IMG/VR virus record: IMGVR_UViG_3300021197_001635
Location: 1-64,000 of that record
Reading direction: 5' to 3' (one strand)
From: a virus
DNA: 64,000 bases
The notes below the pieces were generated by a model, which searched no databases, had not been told where the DNA came from, and saw only the letters and a list, made by a program, of their open reading frames with translations. The translations under genes and the position numbers were made by a program. How positions within the stretch are numbered: position 1 is the first letter of the stretch; each line of letters starts with the position of its first letter. This document shows positions 50,316 to 60,005 of the stretch, one piece after another.

Positions 50316-51047
50316 ATGATATACTGTTTTGATATTGATGGAACCATTTGCTCCCTTGAAGTGGACGGAATGGAGGAGGGCAGAGAGAAAGACTTCGCCC
50401 AGATAGAGAATACTAGACCTTTCACAGACGTTATTAATAAGATAAACAGACTTTATAGCGAGGGTAACACCATTAAGGTTTACACTGCTAGAGGTGATGT
50501 GTCTGGTATAGATTGGAAGGACAAAACCTTATCCCAACTAGAAGAGTGGGGTCTCAAGTTTCATAAGTTATATATGGGTGCTAAGCCTGCTGCTGATCTT
50601 TATGTCGACGACAAATGCATTAACATACAAGACTGGAGAGATCATTCAGCGACTGGGATTATTGCGGGATGTTTCGACATAATCCACCCTGGCTATATTA
50701 AGATGTTTAAGGATGCTAAGGATGTATGTGATAATTTGGTGGTCGCATTGCATGAAGATCCATCAGTTGAAAGGGAGCATAAACATTCCCCAATCCATAC
50801 GGTTCAAGAGAGAGAAGATATACTGAGATCGATTAGGTATGTAGATGATGTGATTAGATATAAGACCGAGAATGATTTACAATCTTTATTAATCAATACT
50901 AAACCAGAATTTAGAATCATGGGGAGTGATTATAAGGATACGAGATTTACTGGGGACGATTTGGGTATCCCCGTTCACTGGCATGACAGGGATCATGACT
51001 ACTCATATTCTTCACTTAGATCAAAATTAGAAGGGACTTTACAATGA
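50316..51047 (+). CDS. Fusion of HAD phosphatase and cytidylyltransferase-family nucleotidyltransferase
   Basis: N-terminal FDIDGT..YTARG..KPAADLYVDDK; C-terminal AGCFDIIHPGY (HxGH variant), ER..ILRSIRYVD, MGSDY, YSYSSLR. Confidence 0.82.
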   Translation: MIYCFDIDGTICSLEVDGMEEGREKDFAQIENTRPFTDVINKINRLYSEGNTIKVYTARGDVSGIDWKDKTLSQLEEWGLKFHKLYMGAKPAADLYVDDKCINIQDWRDHSATGIIAGCFDIIHPGYIKMFKDAKDVCDNLVVALHEDPSVEREHKHSPIHTVQEREDILRSIRYVDDVIRYKTENDLQSLLINTKPEFRIMGSDYKDTRFTGDDLGIPVHWHDRDHDYSYSSLRSKLEGTLQ

Positions 51048-51946
51048 AAAAGGTGATGGTGACTGGGGGCGCTGGTTTCATAGGATCTAATTTGGTAGAT
51101 GCTTTGGTAAACAAAGGATATGAAGTTGTTGTTCTGGATGACGAAAGTGCTGAATGCAATGAGGAGTTCTTCTATAATGAAGAAGCAGAGAATCTGAAGA
51201 TAGACATATCTAAAGACAAAGAAGGAATTGATAAGGCTATGAAGGGCGTAAACGTGGTTTTCCACCTGGCGGCAGAGTCCAGATTGCAACCTGCGATTAT
51301 CAATCCAGATAGAGCATATAACGTTAACTTCATAGGAACAAATAACGTTTTGGCGGCTGCTCACAAGCATAGGATCAACAAGTTCGTGTATTCGTCCACC
51401 AGTTCTGCCTATGGACTAGAAAACGAACCCCCGTTGGTAGAGACGATGCACCGAGATTGTCTCAATCCTTATTCGGTTTCCAAGGTAGCAGCAGAAGATC
51501 TATGCAAGATGTATTATAAATTGCATGGTCTGGACACTGTGATACTGAGATATTTCAACGTCTATGGGGAAAGAATGCCATCAACTGGTCAGTATGCTCC
51601 AGTGATAGGTGTTTTTCAAAGACAAAAAAAGGAAGGCAAGCCTCTGACCGTAGTTGGTGACGGTAGTCAGATGAGAGACTTTGTTTATGTTGGGGACGTA
51701 GTAAATGCCAACATTTCTGCCTCAAACACTAACCACCATCATTGCCCAGGCGAGATTATTAATATTGGAAGTGGCAAGAATATTTCAATCCTTGAAGTGG
51801 CAAAGATGGTGGATAGAAGCAAGATAGAGTTCATACCCAGAAGAAGCGGGGAGGCAGATACCACAGTGGCAAATATCTTGAAGGCTCGTAGATTGCTGGA
51901 TTGGAAACCCAATCAAGATTTAGGAGGATGGATAGGTGGTCAATAG
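51044..51946 (+). CDS. NAD-dependent NDP-sugar epimerase/dehydratase
   Basis: VTGGAGFIGS, FHLAA, SSTSSAYG, YSVSK, LRYFNVYG, GDGSQMRDFVYV. Confidence 0.92.
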   Translation: MKKVMVTGGAGFIGSNLVDALVNKGYEVVVLDDESAECNEEFFYNEEAENLKIDISKDKEGIDKAMKGVNVVFHLAAESRLQPAIINPDRAYNVNFIGTNNVLAAAHKHRINKFVYSSTSSAYGLENEPPLVETMHRDCLNPYSVSKVAAEDLCKMYYKLHGLDTVILRYFNVYGERMPSTGQYAPVIGVFQRQKKEGKPLTVVGDGSQMRDFVYVGDVVNANISASNTNHHHCPGEIINIGSGKNISILEVAKMVDRSKIEFIPRRSGEADTTVANILKARRLLDWKPNQDLGGWIGGQ

Positions 51947-52790
51947 AAAGATTTTCACAGTTGGATGCCCCTTCGCCCATGATTTGAGCTCTTGTAATTC
52001 TTGCAGCGGATCTGCCCCCAAGAGGATCAATTGGTCACATAAATTTTTACCAGAAGATATCGAAGAGGGCGATTCTGTGGTATATTTCGACATGAATCAC
52101 AGGGCAGGACTGGACATACCACTAGACTCTGGGATAAACACTTTCCTCTGGTTATGTGAGTCTAGAGAGGTGACACCAAAGGCACATAAAGATGTTTATA
52201 CCAACTCAGATCTGTTTTTGTCCAGATACAAAGGTGTATTCACTTGCGATGATAACTTGTTGAGACTAGATGATAGATTTTTCAAGATCCCCAATGGGTC
52301 GAACCTTCCATGGATAAGGGACACTGGAGTTCACCCTAAGTCCAAGTTGATATCGATGGTATGCTCTGGAAAGAGTTCATGTGAAGGTCACCGTGTAAGG
52401 AATAAGGTGGCAGACTCCCTCATTGGCAAGATAGACCTATTTGGGAGATTTATAAACCCAATAGCAAGCAAGGAGGAAGGCCTCAACGACTACATGTTCT
52501 CTATAGCAATGGAGAATGCTAGGTATAAAACATACTATACAGAAAAATTATTAGACTGTTTTGCCACTGGGACTATACCCATCTATTGGGGAAGCCCAGA
52601 TATTGGTGAGCATTTTAATATGGACGGAATTATCATCCTAGACGATAATTTTGAAGAGGTAATATCCAATCTCAGTCCAGAATACTACAATGATAGGATG
52701 GATGCCATTAAGGATAACTACCAGAGATGTATGGATATTGAGATGGCAGATGATCTGGTGTGTGACAAAATATTGGAGATACTGTCATGA
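51936..52790 (+). CDS. GT10 (alpha-1,3/4-fucosyltransferase-like) glycosyltransferase
   Basis: YMFSIAMEN..YYTEKLLDCFATGTIPIYWG, the GT10 motif. Confidence 0.8.
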   Translation: MVNRKIFTVGCPFAHDLSSCNSCSGSAPKRINWSHKFLPEDIEEGDSVVYFDMNHRAGLDIPLDSGINTFLWLCESREVTPKAHKDVYTNSDLFLSRYKGVFTCDDNLLRLDDRFFKIPNGSNLPWIRDTGVHPKSKLISMVCSGKSSCEGHRVRNKVADSLIGKIDLFGRFINPIASKEEGLNDYMFSIAMENARYKTYYTEKLLDCFATGTIPIYWGSPDIGEHFNMDGIIILDDNFEEVISNLSPEYYNDRMDAIKDNYQRCMDIEMADDLVCDKILEILS

Positions 52791-53608
52791 TAGTATTCAG
52801 CAGATTGGGAAATTACGGCAGGCATGGAAACCAGATGTTCCAGTATGCTGCCACTTATGCAACTGCTAAAGAGCTTGGTGTAGAGGCATACTGCCCATTG
52901 TCTACCAAGAAAGTGACACTAAGCTATTGCTTTGAACTTGGGGGTGTCAAGGACATGGGTGATATCGAATCCCCCGTGGTAGCAGACAATATGTATCTAG
53001 AGAAAGACGGTCATGCCCAGATACATGACAAAGAGATGGTAAAATCTATTGAACCAGTTAAAGACTCCGTTGTCGATCTAGTAGGTTATTTTCAGTCAGA
53101 GAAGTATTTCGAGAAGTATAAATCAGACATAATCAGAGAGTTCACCTTCAAGGAACCAATAGTGGAGGCTGCTAGCAAAATCTTTAAAGACGTGACTTCT
53201 GGTGGCAAGGTTGTGTCTCTACATGTAAGAAGAACAGACTATACCATGTTGTCCGCACATCACCCATTAATGACTAAGGAATACTGGGATGAGGCACTTG
53301 AGCACTTCCCAGATCACGAAGTGTTGATATCATCTGATGATGTTGAATGGTGCATGGATAACTTTGTGGGGGACAGATATACATTCACATCTTCAATAAT
53401 GAATGACATAGGGATCTACCCAGATATAGATATGTGCTTAATGACCATGTGCGATGGGAATATAATTGCTAATAGTAGTTTCAGTTGGTGGGGTGCTTGG
53501 TTAAATCAAAACGAGAATAAAAAGGTAGTAGCACCCAAGACGTGGTTTGGACCAAAGGGCAACAAGGAATGGCCCGACATTTATTGTGAAGGATGGTATA
53601 AATGCTAG
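52787..53608 (+). CDS. GT11 alpha-1,2-fucosyltransferase
   Basis: GRHGNQMFQYA, GYFQSEKYF, SLHVRRTDY, SSDD, IIANSSFSWWGAWL. Confidence 0.88.
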   Translation: MIVFSRLGNYGRHGNQMFQYAATYATAKELGVEAYCPLSTKKVTLSYCFELGGVKDMGDIESPVVADNMYLEKDGHAQIHDKEMVKSIEPVKDSVVDLVGYFQSEKYFEKYKSDIIREFTFKEPIVEAASKIFKDVTSGGKVVSLHVRRTDYTMLSAHHPLMTKEYWDEALEHFPDHEVLISSDDVEWCMDNFVGDRYTFTSSIMNDIGIYPDIDMCLMTMCDGNIIANSSFSWWGAWLNQNENKKVVAPKTWFGPKGNKEWPDIYCEGWYKC

Positions 53609-53910
53609 TGATATATGTAGACATTGATGAGACTGTATGTGACACCCCCACCGATCCAGATGATGGGTCCAGAGACTATCACTCTTCCATCCCCAGAGAA
53701 GAGATGATAGATAAGGTTAATCAGATGTACGATGAAGGCAATAGGGTGGTGTACTGGACTGCTAGGGGAAGTAAGTCTGGTATAGATTGGTATGACCACA
53801 CAGAAAAGCAACTCAAGTCTTGGGGTGCTAAACACCACGAGCTTAGGTGTGACAAGCCCTTTTATGATATCTTCTACGATGACAAAACGATGAGAATAGA
53901 AGAAATCTGA
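53602..53910 (+). CDS. Small HAD-family phosphatase
   Basis: YVDIDET, YWTARG, KPFYDIFYDDK. Confidence 0.75.
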   Translation: MLVIYVDIDETVCDTPTDPDDGSRDYHSSIPREEMIDKVNQMYDEGNRVVYWTARGSKSGIDWYDHTEKQLKSWGAKHHELRCDKPFYDIFYDDKTMRIEEI

Positions 53911-53917
53911 GAGAAGG

Positions 53918-53925
53918 TATAAATA
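53918..53925 (+). promoter_or_regulatory. T4-type late promoter within the glyco cluster
   Basis: Intergenic TATAAATA followed by a GAGG RBS. Confidence 0.7.
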
Positions 53926-53951
53926 AACTAGTGATTTATTGAGGTGTTTAT

Positions 53952-54650
53952 ATGATTAATATAATAATAGTCGAATGTGATGGGGTCAGAAACCCCGAGG
54001 ATAATTACAATATACTTGATAGGATTGAAAGTCTTCCTGAGTCTTCTCTCCGCATTTTCATGTGTAAAAGGAAATGTCAAGATGAATGCGGGTTGGCAGA
54101 AGAAATTGGCAAAAGATACCCCGAATCCACCATCTATCTTGGAGAAGAGGAATGGGGAGAGGCTAGTAGCCTCTCAAAGGTTCTTGCATACACACATGAA
54201 ATCAATAATGGTCAGGATATGCTGGTTAGTTTCATTGGAAGATGTGACAACACTATAGATTTCGACCCCAATAAATTTCAAGAACTGCGTGACGACTCAG
54301 ACTTAGTAATATGGTCCGTGTTCAACAGCAGCGAACCCGAAGAGCCTAATATACAGTTAGAGACCGATGAAGGTTATTTTATACAGGCACACAGAGATAG
54401 TGTCCTAGATGATAACCGAGTGTCGGTGGGTACTTATTATTTCAGAGACTGGAATATTTACATTCAGGCCTATAATAATCTTCAGTCTACTTGGGGTGCA
54501 GAAACAGAAATACCATATAATGAGGTTGCTATTTGCGATATATGTAACTTCATCGATGAATCAGTTAAGGCTAAAGTATTCGATGTGATTGAAAACACAA
54601 CTATTTCGGAGGACGATAATAATGTTGTTAGACCTACAAAGCATAAATGA
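53952..54650 (+). CDS. Hypothetical, possibly divergent sugar nucleotidyltransferase (GT-A fold)
   Basis: CD and SVGTYYFRDW segments resemble NTP-transferases; canonical N-terminal G-x-G-x-R is degenerate (CDGVR). Confidence 0.35.
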   Translation: MINIIIVECDGVRNPEDNYNILDRIESLPESSLRIFMCKRKCQDECGLAEEIGKRYPESTIYLGEEEWGEASSLSKVLAYTHEINNGQDMLVSFIGRCDNTIDFDPNKFQELRDDSDLVIWSVFNSSEPEEPNIQLETDEGYFIQAHRDSVLDDNRVSVGTYYFRDWNIYIQAYNNLQSTWGAETEIPYNEVAICDICNFIDESVKAKVFDVIENTTISEDDNNVVRPTKHK

Positions 54651-55254
54651 ACAATATAATATGGATGTCAGGGGTGTGATACACATCGGTGCACACTGGG
54701 GACAAGAGGTAGAAAGTTACAAGAGTTATGGTTGGGATAATATTTTGTTATTTGAACCACAACCATCATGTTATAGCATTCTAGAGGGCAAGTTCGGAGA
54801 TGACGATAATGTCGTATTGGTGAACAAAGCTTTAGGACCCAAACCCTGCAATATGAAGATGTATGTTGAGAGAGCGAATTCAGGAATGTCTAGTTCCCTT
54901 CTCAAACCATGTATGCACCTTGATCAATATCCAGGCATACTATTCAATGAAGAAATAGAAGTGGGTGTAGTCACCCTAGATGGCTACTTAGAAGAATCTG
55001 GACTTGACCAGTCTAACTATAATATGATAAATATAGATGTTCAAGGTTTTGAACTTGAAGTGTTTAAAGGTGCTGAATCAACCCTCAAAAATGTAGACTA
55101 TATCATTACCGAGATAAACAGAGCGGAGGTCTACGAAGGTTGTGCTAAGCACGATGAGTTAGATAAACATCTGGGATCTTATGGATTTAAGAGGGTGGAA
55201 ACTAACTGGGCTGGTTGGACTTGGGGAGATGCCTTCTATATAAAGGACGTTTGA
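54622..55254 (+). CDS. FkbM-family methyltransferase
   Basis: VIHIGAHWGQE, LFEP, NKALG, SSSLL, NIDVQGFELEVFKG, WGDAFY. Confidence 0.9.
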   Translation: MLLDLQSINEQYNMDVRGVIHIGAHWGQEVESYKSYGWDNILLFEPQPSCYSILEGKFGDDDNVVLVNKALGPKPCNMKMYVERANSGMSSSLLKPCMHLDQYPGILFNEEIEVGVVTLDGYLEESGLDQSNYNMINIDVQGFELEVFKGAESTLKNVDYIITEINRAEVYEGCAKHDELDKHLGSYGFKRVETNWAGWTWGDAFYIKDV

Positions 55255-55255
55255 T

Positions 55256-56191
55256 ATGATGGACAAAGTTTCCAATGTGATATTCTTTAACTTCTATAAT
55301 AACGGGGATATTCATATCTCTAGGAATTATATAAAGATAATGATGGAGAGGCTAAAAGGCAAAGTAGAAGGTCAATTCTACGAAACCCACAAAAACAACC
55401 CATATATCTTGTCAGATATAGAGGGTCTATCTCACCTGCCGATTCAGGTACTGAGTCAGAATCCAGTCCCTTATAATGTTCCTTATTACCTTGATAGTAG
55501 TAGGAATTTGTTCATAAACACTTGGGCTGGTCAGGATCACTGTAGAAAGAACCCCAAAGAGAAGAAATGCACATTCCCCTTCATTACAGATAATTATAAT
55601 ATGATATTGGAAGATTTAGGACTCGATACAATAGATGTAAACATTGTGGATATATTTCCCAGCCTAGACTATAATAAGTTCAAAATCCACAATATAGACT
55701 CTCACTTCGTTGGGACTGATAGACATCATGTTCTGGTGTGTAATGGGGACACAATGTCTGGTCAATGTGAGAATTTCGATTTCAATCCTATAATCGAGAG
55801 ATTGTCGGATAAGCACAAAGATATTGATTTTGTAATGACTAATCATTCAGACAAGAAGATAGAGAGAGAAAATGTAGTATATAGTGAAGATATTATAATG
55901 TCTGACTCTTGTGATCTGAATGAGACTGCATATCTGAGCACCTTCTGTGGTGTAATTGTAGGCAGGATATCAGGACCTCACACATTTTCTTTCGTGAAAG
56001 AGAACTATACCAACGGCAAGAAGATTAATATTTCAATATGCAACGATTATGAGGAGGCTGATTATGATGCTAAAATCTATGAAGAATGTAAGATGAAAAC
56101 AATTTGGTCCGAATACAAGTCGGAGGACCAGATAGAAAACCTAATAGACATGGCATTAAGTGAAGCATTTTCAAAGAAAGTGAGTGTATAA
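55256..56191 (+). CDS. Hypothetical protein in glyco cluster (possible GT-B glycosyltransferase)
   Basis: FYNNGDIHISR and IVGRISGP resemble GT9-like motifs; genomic context. Confidence 0.4.
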   Translation: MMDKVSNVIFFNFYNNGDIHISRNYIKIMMERLKGKVEGQFYETHKNNPYILSDIEGLSHLPIQVLSQNPVPYNVPYYLDSSRNLFINTWAGQDHCRKNPKEKKCTFPFITDNYNMILEDLGLDTIDVNIVDIFPSLDYNKFKIHNIDSHFVGTDRHHVLVCNGDTMSGQCENFDFNPIIERLSDKHKDIDFVMTNHSDKKIERENVVYSEDIIMSDSCDLNETAYLSTFCGVIVGRISGPHTFSFVKENYTNGKKINISICNDYEEADYDAKIYEECKMKTIWSEYKSEDQIENLIDMALSEAFSKKVSV

Positions 56192-56595
56192 TGTATATAG
56201 AAGTGTCTAATGGAGATTTCTTTGATAGATTCTCGATACTCAATATTAAGAAGGATAGAATAGAAGATAAAGACAAGCTAGCATTCATAGAGATAGAGCT
56301 TAATAAGATGCGGAACCAGATTCATAGTCAGTACATATATATGCCAGTGCTAAGCAGTGATGACTACCGTGACTTATATGAGGTAAATGATCAATTGTGG
56401 GATATTGAAGACAGAATCAGACAAAAAGAAGAGCTTAAAGAGTATGACGAAGAATTCATTGGTTTATCTAGAAAAATATACATCAAAAATGACCTCAGAT
56501 TCAGGCTTAAAAACAAGATAGATACAGACACAGATTCCAAACTCCAAGAGCAGAAGAGTCATAAGACTTGTGAACGCCATGATACCAGTGTATAA
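56191..56595 (+). CDS. DUF6165-like protein
   Basis: IEVSNGDFFDRFSILNIK, LYEVNDQLWDIEDRIR, FIGLSRKIYIKNDLRFRLK..I, EQKS. Confidence 0.75.
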   Translation: MYIEVSNGDFFDRFSILNIKKDRIEDKDKLAFIEIELNKMRNQIHSQYIYMPVLSSDDYRDLYEVNDQLWDIEDRIRQKEELKEYDEEFIGLSRKIYIKNDLRFRLKNKIDTDTDSKLQEQKSHKTCERHDTSV

Positions 56596-57670
56596 ACCAT
56601 ATTTGTCTAGCAGAACAATAAACCTGGCCAAAGATGCCCTCGACGAAGGTTGGATCTCCTCTAATGGCAGATTCAAACAGATGGCATCAGATTTGCTGTG
56701 TGAGAAGACTGGGAGCAATTATGCATATCTCACCTGCAATGGAACAGCTGCATGCCATGCTATGTTTAGATCTATAAGAGAATTCTACCCTTCTCATATA
56801 CGTATGGCAGTACCCAACAACTGTTATGTAGCAGCATGGAATTCTCTACTATTCGATGGAGACTACATAGATATCACCCCAGTGGATGCAGACCCTGACA
56901 CTTGGAATATGAATGTAGAAGATATACCCGATAGTTGTGACACCTTAATGGTGGTCCATAATCTTGGTAATGTTGTAAATGTCCCCAAGATTAAGGAAAA
57001 GAGACCAGAAATGTTAGTGATAGAAGATGCATGTGAGGCCTTATTCGGTGACTATGGAGGCAAACCAGTTGGATCTGATTCTTTTTGCTCAGCATTTTCT
57101 TTTTTCGGGAATAAGAATATCTCCTCTGGAGAAGGTGGTGCACTCGTCACCGATGATGAAGACGTAATATCCTATGTCAAGCACATCTGTGAGCAAGGTC
57201 AAACAGATAAGAGATTCATACATGACACCCTAGCATATAATTACAGAATGAGCAACATCCATTCTGCCATACTTTACGGTCAGTTGATGGACTTCGAAGA
57301 CATCGCCGATATGAAAAAAGAAGTATTTCATAACTACAATGAAATGCTTTCAGGTCTGCCCCTAGAAGTGCAAGTAGAAGAGGAAGACACCAACCACTCA
57401 TTGTGGATGTATGGGGTTAAGATGCCTTCCATAGATGCTAAAGAATCGGTAGTTTCAAGTCTTAAAAATGCTGGGATAGAGACTAGACCCATGTTCTACC
57501 CCATGTCTAGTCATGAACATCTGTCGGGTATAGCAAACCCAGATGATGAAGAAATTGCCGTGGACTTGTCTGAGAGATGTATAATGCTACCAAGCTATCC
57601 TGATTTGGACAAATCAAATATCAAACAGATAACAGATGTGATAAAGGAATCCATGAATGAGCATATTTGA
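56579..57670 (+). CDS. DegT/DnrJ PLP aminotransferase (perosamine synthase-like)
   Basis: IPVYKP, GWISSNG, NGTAACH, IEDACEA, FSFFGNKNISSGEGG, YNYRMSN, GIETRPMF, LPSYP. Confidence 0.9.
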   Translation: MIPVYKPYLSSRTINLAKDALDEGWISSNGRFKQMASDLLCEKTGSNYAYLTCNGTAACHAMFRSIREFYPSHIRMAVPNNCYVAAWNSLLFDGDYIDITPVDADPDTWNMNVEDIPDSCDTLMVVHNLGNVVNVPKIKEKRPEMLVIEDACEALFGDYGGKPVGSDSFCSAFSFFGNKNISSGEGGALVTDDEDVISYVKHICEQGQTDKRFIHDTLAYNYRMSNIHSAILYGQLMDFEDIADMKKEVFHNYNEMLSGLPLEVQVEEEDTNHSLWMYGVKMPSIDAKESVVSSLKNAGIETRPMFYPMSSHEHLSGIANPDDEEIAVDLSERCIMLPSYPDLDKSNIKQITDVIKESMNEHI

Positions 57671-58691
57671 CTTCGATGATGATAAGATAAGATTAGACTT
57701 CATACATGGTAACAGCTTTAGAGATATGGCACATATCGACATAGACAACAGGATACCGATGGGGTTTCACACTAAGAGGGTTGATCCAGAGGATTTGCCC
57801 ATGATGAAAAATGGTAAGAGAAAGGCAATAGTCTGTACTAGGGTAGATTGGGAAACCAGAGGACACAACTTGGTCAGCACCCTTAATTTTCTAAACAGTT
57901 ATGCCAATGTAGAGGTGATCCTGATAACTTATGGCTCTTATCTCACCCCAGATAAGAGTATATTCGACAACATACCAGAATGCGTTTTTAAGTGGTATGC
58001 TGTCAATGCCGAGCACCCCAATGAAAAAGTGGTGGGGATACCGCTGGGGATAGCAAAGCCTATATGGGAGAATGGTCAGATATCCAACCTAGTAGACAAC
58101 CGATCAGGAGACAAGGACAGACTGCTATATATCAACCACAATACTAGCACTGATCGCAACTCTCCCAGAGGCAATCTTAGGCAAGTGATCTATGACAGAT
58201 TCAGATCTGAAGAGGGAGACTGGTTTACCTTAGTAGACCAGTTTGGAGAGTGCAACCTATATGGTTATGATAGTATGGAAGACCTTGCAAAGGACAAAGC
58301 AGCATCCAATATGGAAATAGCAGAGGGTATCAAAGAGAGAGGAAGAAGAATATTTGCCGAGGGTGGCAAGGAGATCAGAGACTCATCCAAGAGATACGTC
58401 CAAGAAATGAGTTCCCACAAGTTTACGTTGTCTCCTTCTGGGATGGGATATGACACTATGAGAACTTGGGAGGCCCTTTATTCAAAGACCATACCCATTG
58501 TTACTGATTACCAAGCAATGAAGCACTTCAGCGATCTGCCTATCTTATACACTAACGATTATAGCGAGATTACCGAAGATTACCTAAATAACAAGTATGA
58601 AGAATTTCAGTCCAGAGACTGGGACCTATCTAAACTGTTTTTCTCTTATTGGAAGAACAGAATAAACGAGGATTTTAACAACCATGAGTGA
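57657..58691 (+). CDS. Exostosin/GT47-like glycosyltransferase
   Basis: IPLGI, LLYINH, HKFTLSPSGMGYDTMRTWEALYSKTIPIV, LPIL. Confidence 0.7.
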   Translation: MSIFDFDDDKIRLDFIHGNSFRDMAHIDIDNRIPMGFHTKRVDPEDLPMMKNGKRKAIVCTRVDWETRGHNLVSTLNFLNSYANVEVILITYGSYLTPDKSIFDNIPECVFKWYAVNAEHPNEKVVGIPLGIAKPIWENGQISNLVDNRSGDKDRLLYINHNTSTDRNSPRGNLRQVIYDRFRSEEGDWFTLVDQFGECNLYGYDSMEDLAKDKAASNMEIAEGIKERGRRIFAEGGKEIRDSSKRYVQEMSSHKFTLSPSGMGYDTMRTWEALYSKTIPIVTDYQAMKHFSDLPILYTNDYSEITEDYLNNKYEEFQSRDWDLSKLFFSYWKNRINEDFNNHE

Positions 58692-59958
58692 GAGCAATAT
58701 GCATAAATTAACATTATCAATGATCGTGAAGAACGAGTCCCATATTATCAAAGAATGTCTGGAGTCTGTTTCACCATATATTGATTATTGGGTCATAGCA
58801 GACAACGGTTCTACTGATGGAACCCAGCAGTTGGTCAAAGATTTCTTCGAAGATAAGGGCATCCCAGGCGAACTACATGAAGTAGAGTGGGTAGACTTCG
58901 GTCATAACAGGACGGAGGCCCTAAATCTATGCAAGGGAAAGGCTGATTATTGTCTAATGATAGATGCCGATGACGAACTCAGAGGTAAGATGGAACTTCC
59001 TAGGGACATGAATGCAGAAGGATACGCCCTAAGGATCCAGAGAGGAGACTTTACTTGGTGGAGGACGCAGATCTTTAAGACTGATGCAGGCTGGAAGTAT
59101 ACTGGTGTTCTCCATGAATATGCAGAGTGTCCAAGAGAAGAGGGAGAGCCTTTGATCACTATGGAGAGGGTCAAAGGTGATTATTTCGTTGATGCCAGAA
59201 CTTTGGGTGCTAGAAACAAGAATGAAGATGGGACTGGGATAGATCCCATCCAAAAGTATAGTAGAGATGCCGAAGTATTGTTGGAAGCCTTAAAGAAGGA
59301 TCCAGAAAATGCAAGATACCAGTTTTATCTAGCACAATCCTATTTCGACTCTCAACAGTGGGAGAAATCTTTGGAGGCATATACCCAAAGAGCAGCAATG
59401 GGTGGTTGGGCAGAAGAGGTATTTTACTCTGTCTTTAGATGTGCTATGATAAAGCTAATCAAGGGGGACGACTGGCCCGAATCTCAAGACACTATGATGC
59501 AGGCATGGAATGTGAGACCCCATAGAGCAGAACCCTTATATAATCTAGCAAAGATTCATAGGACCAATGGTAATCCCAATCTAGCATACTTATTTGCTGC
59601 TCAAGCAATGAGAATACCGTATCCCAAGGATGATATCCTATTCATTAGTGATGACATCTATAAATGGCAAATATTGGACGAGTATGCCTCTGTAGCCTTT
59701 TACGTTAATGATCTAGAGGGGGGTTATCAGGCCGCCCAGAAGTTAGTCAACATGTGTAATAAGGGAGAGATCCCAGTGGAGAATCATGAAAGACTAACCC
59801 TTAACCTTAACCACTATGCTAATGCCTTGGGGGAAAGATCCAAAGTAATGGCAGAGGTCAATAAGGCAGCGATTGACAATAAGAAGAAATACCAGGCTAA
59901 GATTAATGGAATGAAAAATAAGAGAAAGAAGAGAGATAAGAAGAAGGCTAGGAGTTGA
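58684..59958 (+). CDS. GT2 glycosyltransferase with C-terminal TPRs (protein-glycosyltransferase type)
   Basis: LSMIVKNESHII, DNGSTDGT, DFGHNR, MIDADD, GVLHEY; TPR-like RYQFYLAQSYFD and RPHRAEPLYNLA. Confidence 0.85.
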   Translation: MSESNMHKLTLSMIVKNESHIIKECLESVSPYIDYWVIADNGSTDGTQQLVKDFFEDKGIPGELHEVEWVDFGHNRTEALNLCKGKADYCLMIDADDELRGKMELPRDMNAEGYALRIQRGDFTWWRTQIFKTDAGWKYTGVLHEYAECPREEGEPLITMERVKGDYFVDARTLGARNKNEDGTGIDPIQKYSRDAEVLLEALKKDPENARYQFYLAQSYFDSQQWEKSLEAYTQRAAMGGWAEEVFYSVFRCAMIKLIKGDDWPESQDTMMQAWNVRPHRAEPLYNLAKIHRTNGNPNLAYLFAAQAMRIPYPKDDILFISDDIYKWQILDEYASVAFYVNDLEGGYQAAQKLVNMCNKGEIPVENHERLTLNLNHYANALGERSKVMAEVNKAAIDNKKKYQAKINGMKNKRKKRDKKKARS

Positions 59959-59963
59959 ACCAG

Positions 59964-59971
59964 TATAAATA
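59964..59971 (+). promoter_or_regulatory. T4-type late promoter
   Basis: Intergenic TATAAATA. Confidence 0.75.
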
Positions 59972-60005
59972 TGTTTGAGAACCCCAAATACTGGAGAACA
60001 TTCAA

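Noticed and set aside
43964-59958. Host chromosomal O-antigen locus (prophage boundary or chimeric assembly)
   Set aside because: The sugar genes are interleaved with gp45/44/62/regA, share phage codon style and T4 late promoters, and lack wzx, wzy and waaL
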